DNA from: an uncultured Fusibacter sp.
GTDB taxonomy: Bacteria > Bacillota > Clostridia > Peptostreptococcales > Acidaminobacteraceae
Length of the DNA: 64,000 nt
Direction: 5' to 3'
Assembly (NCBI GenBank): GCA_965140735.1
Contig: OZ223306.1
Coordinates: 1,997,621 to 2,061,620 of the forward strand
Shown in pieces: positions 37,580-47,953 of this stretch (the first letter of the stretch is position 1; every line of letters starts with the position of its first letter). Under the pieces are notes generated by a model. The model saw only the letters and a list, made by a program, of their open reading frames with translations, made no database searches and had not been told where the DNA came from. Position numbers and translations under genes: made by a program.

Positions 37580-37873
37580 TTAGATCGACTTCAATCTAAA
37601 GACATGATTTAAACCATTTGCGCTCACTTTTAATTTTCTGATGCGCTTTTGATAAACTAAATCATCAATTTCATCCACGTATATTTCGAAATCCTGGTCT
37701 AAATTTTGCTCCGTTATTGATAAACTTGAGTCCCTATTTTCCTTTATCTTTGAATCTCTCCACTTCACGATCAGCTTATCACTATAAATCTCCAATTGAC
37801 ATGCTCTATACTTAAATAGAGTCATTTTCTTTTCACAATCCAATTCAAGTAACACGCTTTTTTTCGATTCCAT
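37580..37873 (-). CDS. Hypothetical small protein (97 aa)
   Basis: ORF overlapping the lgt-like stop by 29 nt. No motif. Confidence 0.35.
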   Translation of the reverse strand: MESKKSVLLELDCEKKMTLFKYRACQLEIYSDKLIVKWRDSKIKENRDSSLSITEQNLDQDFEIYVDEIDDLVYQKRIRKLKVSANGLNHVFRLKSI

Positions 37874-38669
37874 GATTTAGCCTCTTCATCTTCCTGTCCA
37901 GCAGAACAATCCCCAGTGCCAATGTAAACATGTAGAGTAAAGGATAGAATACTTGCTTTACCCATGCATCATATTGTGTATATCTCATATAAAAGATAAC
38001 CCACCGCATACTCGTTAATCCTATTATAAAAAACAGAGCCTTCATACCCTCTACTATAAATTTTTTATGCCAAACAATAAGACCTATCACTAAAATCAAC
38101 GCTGCTGAGGCCTCATAAAGTTGAGTCGGGTGTACCTTTAACATTTCGTAGGAGAAAAAAGGCATTTTGCTAATGTCAGGCATATTTTCTATCGCTGATT
38201 TTGGAAGTGGTACTCCAAAAGGACTATGCGTAAAATTGCCATAACAACAACCATTAAAAAAACACCCTATTCTCACAATACAAAAACTAATACCAAATGG
38301 CACCACAAGCTCATCTGCAACTTTCCACAGATTCATTTTATTCAAAGCACCTAGGTACATTAAGAGCACAGCACAAAATATAATACCACCATAGAAAGAA
38401 AATCCAACCAGCTTAAATGAGAACAGTGAAATTTTACCTACACGATAAGCCTCGTAATTTACTATAAAGTTTAACCATCTTGCCCCTACAAAGAACGTAC
38501 ATGAAAGTAATGTCACAAGTCCTAATGCCTTTAAAAGAGACATGCCATTTTTTTTGAGCACAAATAGAGCAGACACGATACCAACCGCCAACGCAATCCC
38601 AATAAATAGAGGATATGCTCTCAAACGAATCGATAAATCAAAAACATTAAATTCTATAATTGGATACAT
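37845..38669 (-). CDS. lgt: Prolipoprotein diacylglyceryl transferase (Lgt)-family paralog with a substituted signature motif
   Basis: Polytopic. It carries HPTQLYEASAA, the Lgt Y235-region motif. Its signature-like RIGCFFNGCCYG has Cys at two positions where I recall Asn/Glu in canonical Lgt (GRxGNFxNxExxG; recalled from memory). Start abuts the stop of the upstream lipoprotein gene. Confidence 0.6.
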   Translation of the reverse strand: MYPIIEFNVFDLSIRLRAYPLFIGIALAVGIVSALFVLKKNGMSLLKALGLVTLLSCTFFVGARWLNFIVNYEAYRVGKISLFSFKLVGFSFYGGIIFCAVLLMYLGALNKMNLWKVADELVVPFGISFCIVRIGCFFNGCCYGNFTHSPFGVPLPKSAIENMPDISKMPFFSYEMLKVHPTQLYEASAALILVIGLIVWHKKFIVEGMKALFFIIGLTSMRWVIFYMRYTQYDAWVKQVFYPLLYMFTLALGIVLLDRKMKRLNHGIEKKRVT

Positions 38670-40727
38670 TTACTTCATCCCCTTAAAGTCAACAACAATA
38701 TTTATGAGATCTTCCATCCCCTTCATGTCCAATTGACCTTTTAAGGACATGCCACTATCGACCTTAGTAGGCGTAAGATTAACCGCTATATGAATGCCTT
38801 GGTTATCCTGATAGCCTTTTATAATCCCATCTTCATAAGTAAAGTGAATTCTTGGATCTATACCTTCTGGCACATCACTCTGGTCTAACATCATCCCATC
38901 TTCACTTAACGACAAAAAGCCACTGGTATCACTTTCTTTTTCTATAATAATATAATAAGGCATGCTGGTCCCTTCTCTTTCTTTAAGTGCTGCAAATATA
39001 ACATTTGCATCAATACCAAAAGCATCGCATCCCTCTGCATCCTCTTCATTATGACTAACCACAGAATACTGATCTGCTGTGGGCACATCTACTTTAGTAA
39101 AAGTCATCGTTCCCGGATAAACGCCGGTCACTTCATCTATCGTTGGATATGCGTCCCAATAGCCTAACTGGATCAACAAGGCTTTATATTTTGCTTTACC
39201 ATCATCTGGTGTATACCAAGCGCTTGCGAGTCTCGCTATTGTGAAATGTGAAATTTCCCCCAAGTCTGGCAAATCTAAATTGGTAATTCTTGCTCCTGTA
39301 TCTCTTAAAATCATATCTTTGATGCGAAAAAGCCTTTCCAATCTAAATTCAAAGGTGCTGTTATCATCATAACCATAAAGGTATTTCTCAAAGAGGTGTG
39401 CCTTTTCAAAAGCATCTAGGAGTTTTTTATTTTCCAGTTCAATTTTTGCGATTTCAGCTTCATTTTTTTGCCTGTTTTCAAATTCTCCTCGCAATTGTTC
39501 TTTTGCCTGTTTTCTAATTTTTTCCATCATGGCATTGCCGATGCTCTCATATGGCATTCCATTTTGAACTGCATAATCTTTGATTGCATCATCTAAAACC
39601 TTGGTTTGCAGACCTCTCATTTGATCCCAAAGTTCGTCAAAATTGCCCTTCTCCACGTTATATCCCCAAAAGGGAACATTGCTTTCAGCACCGTTTATAA
39701 AAACTTGATAAGCTGCTTCAAGCTCTTGATCTTTCCATCTTTTAATTTGTCGATCCGTAATTTCTGCTGATACCTTTAGCATCTTAGTCAGTGGATAAGC
39801 ATCCATTATTTCATTGGAAAGTGCTTTAGCTGCATCCTCATATTGACCATTGTACAAAAACGTTGCCATCTGAACACCTGTACCAACTTTACTTGCATGT
39901 TCTGTTATATTTCCAAGTAAAAGAGAAGCATCCGATTCTGGCAAATCCTTTATCGTTTCAAAAATTTTCTGCCCAGCTAGAACAGCTAAGTCTGTCCCAA
40001 ATTCATCCATTTTACCCTCATTATAATTGGCGAGTAACTTCGCATAATCGTTCTCTTTTAAAATAGCTTCCACAACATCTTGCTCTATGCTTTTACTGTT
40101 AACGCCAAGTTGGTTGGACAAAATATCCTTTACAATTTTTGATGTTTGATCTCTTAAAACGTTATTGTTATTGCGATTTTGCCAAATTTCAACCGATTTA
40201 TCCTTAGCAAATTTAGACGCTATCTCTGCTTTTGTAGGTTTCGCCTTGCTAAACCAACTAAAATGATAAGTTTCAAATGCCATATACTTTTCAGTTAGAT
40301 TGATCTCCGTTGGTCTGATAAACTCCCAATTTTCACCATTAAAATAGGCAACCCATAATTCATCTAAAGCCTCTTTGGATTGAACTTCTGTCTCTGTTAA
40401 AGCAAACTTAATCAAAATGGGTTCGTTAAAACGGCTTAAAGATTGATCCACTGAGACATCAATTGGATCAGAAAGTAACGTGCCTCGGTCTGATTCGATC
40501 TTTTCAAAATCCTTAACTTCACCTAAAGACAACTTTTGCTCTCCTTCAAGTGCATTTTCTGGTACAGCTACCAATAAATTATCCGCTTCAAGTTTTCCTA
40601 TGTTGCCCCCCGATACCCCAAGGGTTTTATCTTCTAAGATCACTTCTTTTGCCTTTTCACCACCGTTACCGTTGCCACACCCCACAATCATGGCCATGAT
40701 CAACAATATCACCCAAACCTTTTTCAT
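38670..40727 (-). CDS. Large hypothetical lipoprotein (685 aa)
   Basis: MKKVWVILLIMAMIVGCGNGNGG has a signal peptide and an IVGC lipobox. GGGAGG RBS upstream. Translationally coupled to the downstream lgt-like gene. Confidence 0.6.
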   Translation of the reverse strand: MKKVWVILLIMAMIVGCGNGNGGEKAKEVILEDKTLGVSGGNIGKLEADNLLVAVPENALEGEQKLSLGEVKDFEKIESDRGTLLSDPIDVSVDQSLSRFNEPILIKFALTETEVQSKEALDELWVAYFNGENWEFIRPTEINLTEKYMAFETYHFSWFSKAKPTKAEIASKFAKDKSVEIWQNRNNNNVLRDQTSKIVKDILSNQLGVNSKSIEQDVVEAILKENDYAKLLANYNEGKMDEFGTDLAVLAGQKIFETIKDLPESDASLLLGNITEHASKVGTGVQMATFLYNGQYEDAAKALSNEIMDAYPLTKMLKVSAEITDRQIKRWKDQELEAAYQVFINGAESNVPFWGYNVEKGNFDELWDQMRGLQTKVLDDAIKDYAVQNGMPYESIGNAMMEKIRKQAKEQLRGEFENRQKNEAEIAKIELENKKLLDAFEKAHLFEKYLYGYDDNSTFEFRLERLFRIKDMILRDTGARITNLDLPDLGEISHFTIARLASAWYTPDDGKAKYKALLIQLGYWDAYPTIDEVTGVYPGTMTFTKVDVPTADQYSVVSHNEEDAEGCDAFGIDANVIFAALKEREGTSMPYYIIIEKESDTSGFLSLSEDGMMLDQSDVPEGIDPRIHFTYEDGIIKGYQDNQGIHIAVNLTPTKVDSGMSLKGQLDMKGMEDLINIVVDFKGMK

Positions 40728-40960
40728 TTGACTACCTCCCATTCCCCAAAAATGAATTTTTACATGCTTACAATGCTTACACTCTTATGGTAGCTCTGTT
40801 ATGGCAAAGTAAATAGTATGAAAAACAAATCATCCCCATGATTTAGGGATGATTTTAGGGGTGATTTTAAATTTAACGCATTGAGAAGGCGTTTATTTAT
40901 CACTATTCTGTATTTAACTGCTTTTTATAAATTAATGTCTACATGTAAAAAACGACTCTT

Positions 40961-42334
40961 TTAAGTCGTTTTTTGATTTGCTTTTTCTTTTAGCTCTATC
41001 CTATTTTGCACTTCTAATTTTTTATAAATATTTCTATTATGACTTTTCACCGTATGAGGCGACAGATAAAGCAACTCACAAATTTCCCGATCTAATTTAC
41101 CTTCTATCAGAAGCTTAAATACATCCAATTCTCTTCTGGAGAGCACTTCTTCCGCTTTCTCAACCAAGTTTACTTTTTCTTCTGTTTTCATTTCTAAGAG
41201 ATACACCAAAAAAGAATTGTTTTCATAAATCGCAGATAATTTTTGATTGAGTGGGAAAATCATCAACATAGATAAGATGATGATACTAAGCCCCACATAG
41301 GATATACCTGTCTCACTAAATCCAAGAGACATCATTTTTTCGCCAAGTAAGTTTCCTGAAAAAACGCCCCATACATTCAGTGCTAACCCAATTCCAAAGA
41401 GAATAGCTGGATTTTTAAGATAGTCAAAATGTGATGCAATCATACTCCACCAAAAGAAATCAAAGATACCTGCGGCAAATAACATCAGTGTAAATACAAT
41501 AAAAAAGCCCAATATACTTTGTCCTAATGTGGCATACGCAATCAATGCAATGGCCCAAAAAGCCAATCCCACATATAAAAAATAAAACCTATGTACCTTA
41601 AAATATCGACTTAATAAAAATATAGCTAAAATATAAGGTGCATTTGTATAAAAGCTCTCTAACGTTTCAAACACGCCAAAATACGGATAAATGACACTGA
41701 ACATGATTCCAGAATTAAGTGTAATCACTAGTATAAAAATAAAGATAAAAGTGTAGGCACTAAGCGTATGTGTCTGAGTACGACTTTGTTCCACACGGTC
41801 TTCAACTTTGATGCCAATAAGTATTTTTAGCATTATTGCAAACACAAGCTCTATAAATAAAAAACTGAGTATAGGCGTGGTTACAACTGAGCTTATATGC
41901 GCAAGTGTTAAAAAAACATTGCCTATAATAAGAACATCTGCCACAGCTCTAACGCGCATATTTTCATTGAAATATTGACCAAGATAATGTGCAAATCCTG
42001 TCATAGTAATACCTGTAGTAAAAGCGATTAGGACGAGCAGTATATACCACAAATGAGGGGGGATTAGTATCATAAAGATGCTACAAATGAATGAAAGACT
42101 GAGTGCTGGTATCATAAATTTTTTAGCATCTCTTAAATTCTTTGCAAAAAAACTGCCCATGAGCAATCCAAATCCATGAAAAAATACGCTGATTAAGTTA
42201 ATCAGTGTTGAATCAATCTCAGAGTCCCCTGCCAGTGCATATAGAACTGGTCCTTCATATGGAAGTGCCATAATATATCCAAATACAATCGAAAAACACA
42301 TGATGATCTGCCATTGTGTTTTGTTATACCTCAT
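40961..42334 (-). CDS. Membrane-anchored LuxR-family transcriptional regulator (about 10 TM plus C-terminal LuxR HTH)
   Basis: The C-terminal LSRRELDVFKLLIEGKLDREICELLYLSPHTVKSHNRNIYKKLEV is a LuxR/GerE HTH. The N-terminal ~380 aa are hydrophobic. Confidence 0.65.
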   Translation of the reverse strand: MRYNKTQWQIIMCFSIVFGYIMALPYEGPVLYALAGDSEIDSTLINLISVFFHGFGLLMGSFFAKNLRDAKKFMIPALSLSFICSIFMILIPPHLWYILLVLIAFTTGITMTGFAHYLGQYFNENMRVRAVADVLIIGNVFLTLAHISSVVTTPILSFLFIELVFAIMLKILIGIKVEDRVEQSRTQTHTLSAYTFIFIFILVITLNSGIMFSVIYPYFGVFETLESFYTNAPYILAIFLLSRYFKVHRFYFLYVGLAFWAIALIAYATLGQSILGFFIVFTLMLFAAGIFDFFWWSMIASHFDYLKNPAILFGIGLALNVWGVFSGNLLGEKMMSLGFSETGISYVGLSIIILSMLMIFPLNQKLSAIYENNSFLVYLLEMKTEEKVNLVEKAEEVLSRRELDVFKLLIEGKLDREICELLYLSPHTVKSHNRNIYKKLEVQNRIELKEKANQKTT

Positions 42335-42619
42335 CTTATTTTCCCCCCAATTTTAATCTTAAATTTATAATACCCATTTTACACTTTTTCATTGATATTT
42401 TAAATATAAAAAACGCCCCCTTGTCTACGTTAGTTTTTTTAGACAAATGCACTCTGTTAAATTAGTAACATTTATTATTCAACGCGTTATTTTGTTGTTT
42501 TAATTTGTATTAAATTGGCTATATTATTTTTTAATACTCTTTTTTATGATACAATTTATTTTGGGTTATGAAAGGTATCCTTTTGGAGATTAATGTTGAT
42601 GTAATCTCCAAAATATCTA

Positions 42620-43117
42620 ATGAGAAGAGGTGCATACTTGAAAATTACACAAAAAAGGTTTAACACATTTTCTAGAATTATGAAAACTTTATTGACTTCA
42701 TATTCTTTAAATACTGAATACGAATCCTATCCGAGAAAATATGGAGATGATTTTTTTTATATGGCTGAAACACATATGATTCAATATATAGGTAAAAATC
42801 CCGGAATGACAGTAACAGATATTGCGACAGAATTTAGAAAAACAACCAGTGCAGTTTCACAGATTATAAAAAAACTTAAAAAGAGAAATTTAATTGAGCA
42901 GGTTCGAAACACACTGAACAATAGAGAGTATAACTTGTTTTTAAACGATAACGGTTGGGAGATATTCAATCAACATGAAGAATACGACCGCGTAGAATAC
43001 GAGAAATCTTGTTTGTTTCTGGAAGAATTCTCTGAGGAAGAACTTGAAAACTATATTAAAATCCAAGAATGTCTCAACAATGCTATAGCTGAAGCCATAA
43101 AACGTTCTAGAAATTAG
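42620..43117 (+). CDS. MarR-family transcriptional regulator (true start possibly at a downstream Met)
   Basis: MTVTDIATEFRKTTSAVSQIIKKLKKRNLIEQVRN is a winged-helix MarR-type HTH. Confidence 0.55.
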   Translation: MRRGAYLKITQKRFNTFSRIMKTLLTSYSLNTEYESYPRKYGDDFFYMAETHMIQYIGKNPGMTVTDIATEFRKTTSAVSQIIKKLKKRNLIEQVRNTLNNREYNLFLNDNGWEIFNQHEEYDRVEYEKSCLFLEEFSEEELENYIKIQECLNNAIAEAIKRSRN

Positions 43118-43162
43118 CACACTTTTATAAAAAATTATAAAAATTCATAAAAATTTAAATAA

Positions 43163-43197
43163 AAACATCCTTTTCAAACGAAGAGGATGTTTTTATT
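43163..43197 (+). terminator. Rho-independent terminator after the MarR gene
   Basis: ACATCCT...AGGATGT followed by TTTTATTT. Confidence 0.6.
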
Positions 43198-43329
43198 TAG
43201 ATACACACCTTAATTCATTTTTAAGGCATTCATAAAAATTTTATTGAAACACTTTAAAAATTTATTACCAAAACTTAATAAAAGACTTGAAATAATCCCA
43301 ACCATAAATTATAATACTATATAATTATT

Positions 43330-43360
43330 AAGTTGCTTAACGATTAAGTTGCTTAACAAA
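43330..43360. promoter_or_regulatory. Tandem TTAAGTTGCTTAAC imperfect palindromes (candidate operator) upstream of the patB-M20-gltS-like operon
   Basis: ttaagttgcttaacgattaagttgcttaac: the outer TTAAG/CTTAA arms are palindromic. Two copies lie ~70 bp upstream of the patB-like ATG. Confidence 0.35.
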
Positions 43361-43423
43361 TGTTTTTTTCACATTTTTTCTTTTTCGAATAAAAATTATA
43401 TCTAAAGGGGGGCTTTAAAAAAT

Positions 43424-44617
43424 ATGAAATACAACTTTGATGAAATTATTAACAGGAAAAACACGGGTTCACTAAAATGGGCTCATGGTGAAATGCTTGT
43501 GGAAATGGGACTCACCGAAAAATTTGATGAAAATACTTTGCCACTTTTTACAGCTGACATGGATATTGCTGTTCCACCGCCAATTGTTGAAGCAATGCAT
43601 AAAACAGCAGATACACGTATTTATGGTTACACATCACCTCCAAAGTCATATTATGAAGCCATTACCGGCTGGTTTAAACGTCGCCATGACTGGGTTTTTT
43701 CAGAAAATGATATTGTGTATTGTCCTGGAACAGTACATGCATTAGAAATTGCTATTAGAGCTTTCACAGAAATCGGCGACGGCGTTATCATTCAAAGACC
43801 TGTTTATTTTCCATTTACTGTTCAGATTGAAAAAAATAAACGCATTGTTGCCAACAATCAAATGCGTGTCGATGAAAATGGATATTATACACCTGATTTA
43901 GTTGGATTTGAAGAATTGGCTAAGAAACCTGAAAACAAACTATTTATTTTATGTAACCCACATAATCCTTCAGGCAGAATTTTTGAAGATGATATCCTTA
44001 TAAAAATGGCACAAATTTGTAAGGAAAATAATGTCATCCTCGTTGCTGATGAAATTCACGGCGATTTAATCAGATGTGATCAAAAATTTACCCCTATTGC
44101 TAAATTGGTAGAAGATCCTAGCTATATCGTGAGCTGTACGGCCATCGGTAAAACTTTTAATACAGCTGGACTACATGCCTCTGCAATTGTGATTACGGAT
44201 GAACAATTAAGAACTAAATTTTCAGATGAACTTGGTATGCAACTTCCCAGTCCCTTCACATGTAATGCCGTGATAGCCGCATATAATGAGTGTGAAGATT
44301 GGCTTGAAGCCATTAAAATCTATTTTGATGACACGATTGACTGGGTGATCTCTTTTCTAAAAGAAAATATGCCCAAAGTTAAATTTGTTAGACCCCAAGG
44401 CACTTATATTTTTTGGATGGACTTCAGAGCTTACGGTATTTCAAAAGAAGAAATCAGAAAACGAATCTACGTTGATGCAAATGTTATTCTAGAAAGCGGT
44501 CTTTTATTTGATCCAGACCAAGGTTCGGGATTTGAGAGAATTTGCTTATCTTCCCCAAGACCGATTATCCAAGAAGCTTTCGTTAGAATTGCAAACGCAT
44601 TTAAAGATTTGGAATAG
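43424..44617 (+). CDS. patB: MalY/PatB-family PLP-dependent C-S lyase (cystathionine beta-lyase-like aminotransferase class I/II)
   Basis: MKYNFDEIINRKNTGSLKW is the PatB/MalY N-terminal signature. Overall it is an aminotransferase class I/II fold. Confidence 0.75.
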   Translation: MKYNFDEIINRKNTGSLKWAHGEMLVEMGLTEKFDENTLPLFTADMDIAVPPPIVEAMHKTADTRIYGYTSPPKSYYEAITGWFKRRHDWVFSENDIVYCPGTVHALEIAIRAFTEIGDGVIIQRPVYFPFTVQIEKNKRIVANNQMRVDENGYYTPDLVGFEELAKKPENKLFILCNPHNPSGRIFEDDILIKMAQICKENNVILVADEIHGDLIRCDQKFTPIAKLVEDPSYIVSCTAIGKTFNTAGLHASAIVITDEQLRTKFSDELGMQLPSPFTCNAVIAAYNECEDWLEAIKIYFDDTIDWVISFLKENMPKVKFVRPQGTYIFWMDFRAYGISKEEIRKRIYVDANVILESGLLFDPDQGSGFERICLSSPRPIIQEAFVRIANAFKDLE

Positions 44618-44626
44618 GAGATGATT

Positions 44627-45790
44627 ATGAATAATCCTAAATTAACAAAAGCAATGAACTATATTAATTCAAATCGGGAAAACATGCTAAAACTTTGGGA
44701 AACATTAGTCAACATCGAAAGTGGTCCAGATAATGTTGAAGGTATAAATGCTGTGCAGGCAATAATTTCTGATGAACTTGATAAAGATGGATTTAATAAT
44801 CAAATCATCAAATCCACTGATGGACCCAATATTTTGATCAGTAAAAACTGCATTGAAGGTCAAAAAGAATCTATTTGTCTCATTGGTCATGTGGATACAG
44901 TTTTTAAAAAAGGTTCATTTGATCCAAATCCATTTCATATCGCGGAAGGAAAAGCATATGGTCCTGGTGTCCTTGATATGAAAGGTGGTGTCGTAATTGC
45001 CACTTATGCAATGAAAGCTTTAAAATATGCTGGCTACGATGATTATTCATTAAAAATGATCTTAGCGCCCGACGAAGAAATTGGACATCCCAAAACTGAC
45101 TTTGCCAATATCGCTATGAAAGAATTTAAAGATGGAAAAGCTGCCTTCAATTTTGAAACCGGATTTCCAGATGATGGCCTTGTCCTTGGCCGAAAAGGTG
45201 CTATTATTTTTGATCTTGTTGTGACTGGTATTCCAGCACATACAGGAAACGCACCTCAAAAAGGTAGAAATGCAATCGCTGAGTTAGCACATAAAGTTAT
45301 TGAATTTGAGAACATGACCGACTATGAAAAAGGCACTTTCTCCTGCGTTGGATTAATCAATGGGGGAAAAGCACTCAACATTGTTCCAGATCACGCTGTT
45401 GCCTCAGTAGGAATTCGGTATTCAAAAGTAAAGGACAAAGAAGAAATTATTGCCAAAATTAATGAGCTTGCTAGTAAAGTCTTTATTGAAGGGACCACTA
45501 CACAAGTTGTCTATAGGGCAAATATTGATCCTATGGAAGTTAAAGATAACAGTTTAGCACTTTTAGAAATCGTTAAAGCAAGTGCAGCGTCATTAAATCT
45601 CGCCATACCTCATGCATTGACAGTTGGTGGTATTTCTGATTCTGTATATCCAGTTTTAGCGGGTTTGCCAACAATATGCGCCTTTGGACCTAAGGGGGAA
45701 AATAATCACAGGCCAGATGAATACGCAATTGTTGAAAGCTTATTTGAAAGAACACATTTGTTTCTCGCAACAGTAATGAACTTATCTTAG
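44627..45790 (+). CDS. M20-family metallopeptidase (ArgE/DapE/carboxypeptidase-like)
   Basis: LIGHVDTV metal-binding motif and an M20 dimerisation region. Start moved to the second ATG because of RBS spacing. Confidence 0.7.
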   Translation: MNNPKLTKAMNYINSNRENMLKLWETLVNIESGPDNVEGINAVQAIISDELDKDGFNNQIIKSTDGPNILISKNCIEGQKESICLIGHVDTVFKKGSFDPNPFHIAEGKAYGPGVLDMKGGVVIATYAMKALKYAGYDDYSLKMILAPDEEIGHPKTDFANIAMKEFKDGKAAFNFETGFPDDGLVLGRKGAIIFDLVVTGIPAHTGNAPQKGRNAIAELAHKVIEFENMTDYEKGTFSCVGLINGGKALNIVPDHAVASVGIRYSKVKDKEEIIAKINELASKVFIEGTTTQVVYRANIDPMEVKDNSLALLEIVKASAASLNLAIPHALTVGGISDSVYPVLAGLPTICAFGPKGENNHRPDEYAIVESLFERTHLFLATVMNLS

Positions 45791-45817
45791 ATAACATATG
45801 AATATGGGGGGGTATTT

Positions 45818-47011
45818 ATGAACAGCACTTTAGCAATATTTATTTTAGTATTTATTTTCGGTTTAGGGGATGTTATTTCAGTTAAAACTCAAGCCGCAAT
45901 ATCCATGATCTTATTTGTGGCAATTGCCCTATTAGTCGGTTTTTGGACTAATATCTTGCCTACAACAGTGTTTGCCGATTCAAATTTGATGGTTTTAGCG
46001 CCTTTTGCTGCATCTTTGATGATAGTATCTCTGGGAACCTTATTTAATTTGCAACAATTAAAGGAGCAATGGAAAACTGCAGTTATTGCCTTTATGGCTG
46101 TACTCTCACTTTCACTGGCGCTCTTTTTTATCGGAGCACCTATTATTGGTAAACAAATGGCCATAGCTTCAGCACCTGTATTATCAGGTGGCGGTGCAGC
46201 TGCACTTATCATGTCAACAGCACTTAATGAAAAAGGATTTCCAGATATTGCAGTATTTGTCGTATTACTTTATGTCACTCAAAAATTTATTGGATTGCCA
46301 ATAGCGGCACATCTTCTCAAAAAAGAATCTCGAAATGTTATCCAAAAGTATAGATTGGGTGAATGGCATTCTGTTAAACAACCAAAGGAAAACCCTGAAA
46401 AAACACCTGAAAAGACTAAAAAGGGCATCAAGATTTTCCCTACACTTCCTAAGGACATGCAAACACCATTTGTGTTACTTACAAAGATCATGATCGTAAT
46501 CTTAATTGGGGATCAATTATTTGCTCTATTTCAAGGCAAGCTTAATGTGTTTATTATCTATTTAATATTAGGGGTTATTTTCACAGAACTCGGTTTCTTA
46601 GAATACAATATTATTAACAAAGCCAATTCAAATGGACTGGTTATGCTTTTGGCTATGACTCTAATCTTCTCAAATCTCTCTAAAGCAACACCTGAAATGG
46701 CTTTAATGTTTATAAAACCACTACTAGTAGCTGCTGCTGTTGGCATTACTGGCAATATTCTGATGTGCTTGCTCATGAGCAAAATCTTTAAATATTCCAC
46801 TTCAATGGCCGTTTCAATTGGTATGGCATGTACTTTTGGATTTCCACCAACTTATTTCTTATCTCATGAAGTTTCAAATGCCATTGGTGAGACTGAAGAA
46901 GAAAAAGAAGTCTTATTGCAACATATTCTTCCCAAAATGCTTGTGGCGGGATTTGTAACAGTTTCCATTTCATCTGTTATTTTCGCAGGTGTTATGGCTA
47001 ACTTGTTATAG
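45818..47011 (+). CDS. GltS-like sodium/glutamate symporter-family membrane transporter
   Basis: Polytopic. SGGGAAALIMSTALNEKGFPDIAVFVVLLYVTQKFIGLPIAAHLLKK resembles the GltS conserved region (SGGHGTGAAW...). Confidence 0.45.
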   Translation: MNSTLAIFILVFIFGLGDVISVKTQAAISMILFVAIALLVGFWTNILPTTVFADSNLMVLAPFAASLMIVSLGTLFNLQQLKEQWKTAVIAFMAVLSLSLALFFIGAPIIGKQMAIASAPVLSGGGAAALIMSTALNEKGFPDIAVFVVLLYVTQKFIGLPIAAHLLKKESRNVIQKYRLGEWHSVKQPKENPEKTPEKTKKGIKIFPTLPKDMQTPFVLLTKIMIVILIGDQLFALFQGKLNVFIIYLILGVIFTELGFLEYNIINKANSNGLVMLLAMTLIFSNLSKATPEMALMFIKPLLVAAAVGITGNILMCLLMSKIFKYSTSMAVSIGMACTFGFPPTYFLSHEVSNAIGETEEEKEVLLQHILPKMLVAGFVTVSISSVIFAGVMANLL

Positions 47012-47058
47012 TTTTAAACAAAAATTTAACTTTTGTTAAATGCGTATCTTATTAATAG

Positions 47059-47106
47059 AAAAAGCAGATCTACTCTTCAATGCTAAGAGTTTGATCTGCT
47101 TTTTTA
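47059..47106. terminator. Bidirectional rho-independent terminator
   Basis: AAAGCAGATC...GATCTGCTTTTTT. Confidence 0.7.
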
Positions 47107-47134
47107 TCGATCTACTTTTTTACGTCATTATGTT

Positions 47135-47953
47135 CTACCCTATCAAGTCTTCAAGTGCATGGCATAAACCATCTTCATCGTTACTCTTAGCGATGTAATT
47201 GGCAACTGATTTAAGCGCCTCAGTTGCATTGCTCATAGCAACACCTACACCTGCATACTTGATCATATCCATATCGTTTTCATTGTCACCAAATGCAAGC
47301 ACATCTTCTAGTGGAATGTCATAGTGACTACGAATGGCTTCTATGCCAGTGGCTTTAGTGACGCCTTTCGCCATAACATCAAATGAAGTTTCAAGTGATT
47401 TACAAGTTTCTAGGCCTTCAATTTCTTTTATTTCAGCCATTACAGCTTCAAAAACTTCTGGTTTTTCACTCCAGAGACCAATTTTATAAACGCTGACCTG
47501 ATCCACAAGTGGCATCAAATCAGGATGAAATTCCACTCTAAAGTGATAGGCCTTAGGTAGTTTTTTCATACCCTCTGCATATTTCTTTGCAAGGTTCATA
47601 TTTTTTTCTGAATAAATTACATCGCTGTCATAGAGATGAAAGTAAGCGTCATACTTATGACAAATTTTCACAACTTCTTTCGCCAGTAGCTTTGGAATCT
47701 CAATGGCTTGAATCACTTCTCCAGTCTTAAGATGTTTTACCACTGCACCATTGCAGGAAATGAGGAACCCATCATAATCAAGATCCTTAGTGATAATTCG
47801 ACCTGCATCATGCATTCTCCCTGTCGCTATGGCAAACAGATGGCCTTCATGAATCAAGTCAAATATTTTATTTTTGGTCTTTTCAGAAATCGTCTTATCG
47901 CTTCTTAAAAGCGTCCCATCTATATCACTTACAATTAACTTTTTATTTGTCAT
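47135..47953 (-). CDS. Cof-type HAD-IIB phosphatase
   Basis: LIVSDIDGTLL motif I; Cof-like cap; DNENDM motif near the C-terminus. Confidence 0.75.
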   Translation of the reverse strand: MTNKKLIVSDIDGTLLRSDKTISEKTKNKIFDLIHEGHLFAIATGRMHDAGRIITKDLDYDGFLISCNGAVVKHLKTGEVIQAIEIPKLLAKEVVKICHKYDAYFHLYDSDVIYSEKNMNLAKKYAEGMKKLPKAYHFRVEFHPDLMPLVDQVSVYKIGLWSEKPEVFEAVMAEIKEIEGLETCKSLETSFDVMAKGVTKATGIEAIRSHYDIPLEDVLAFGDNENDMDMIKYAGVGVAMSNATEALKSVANYIAKSNDEDGLCHALEDLIG

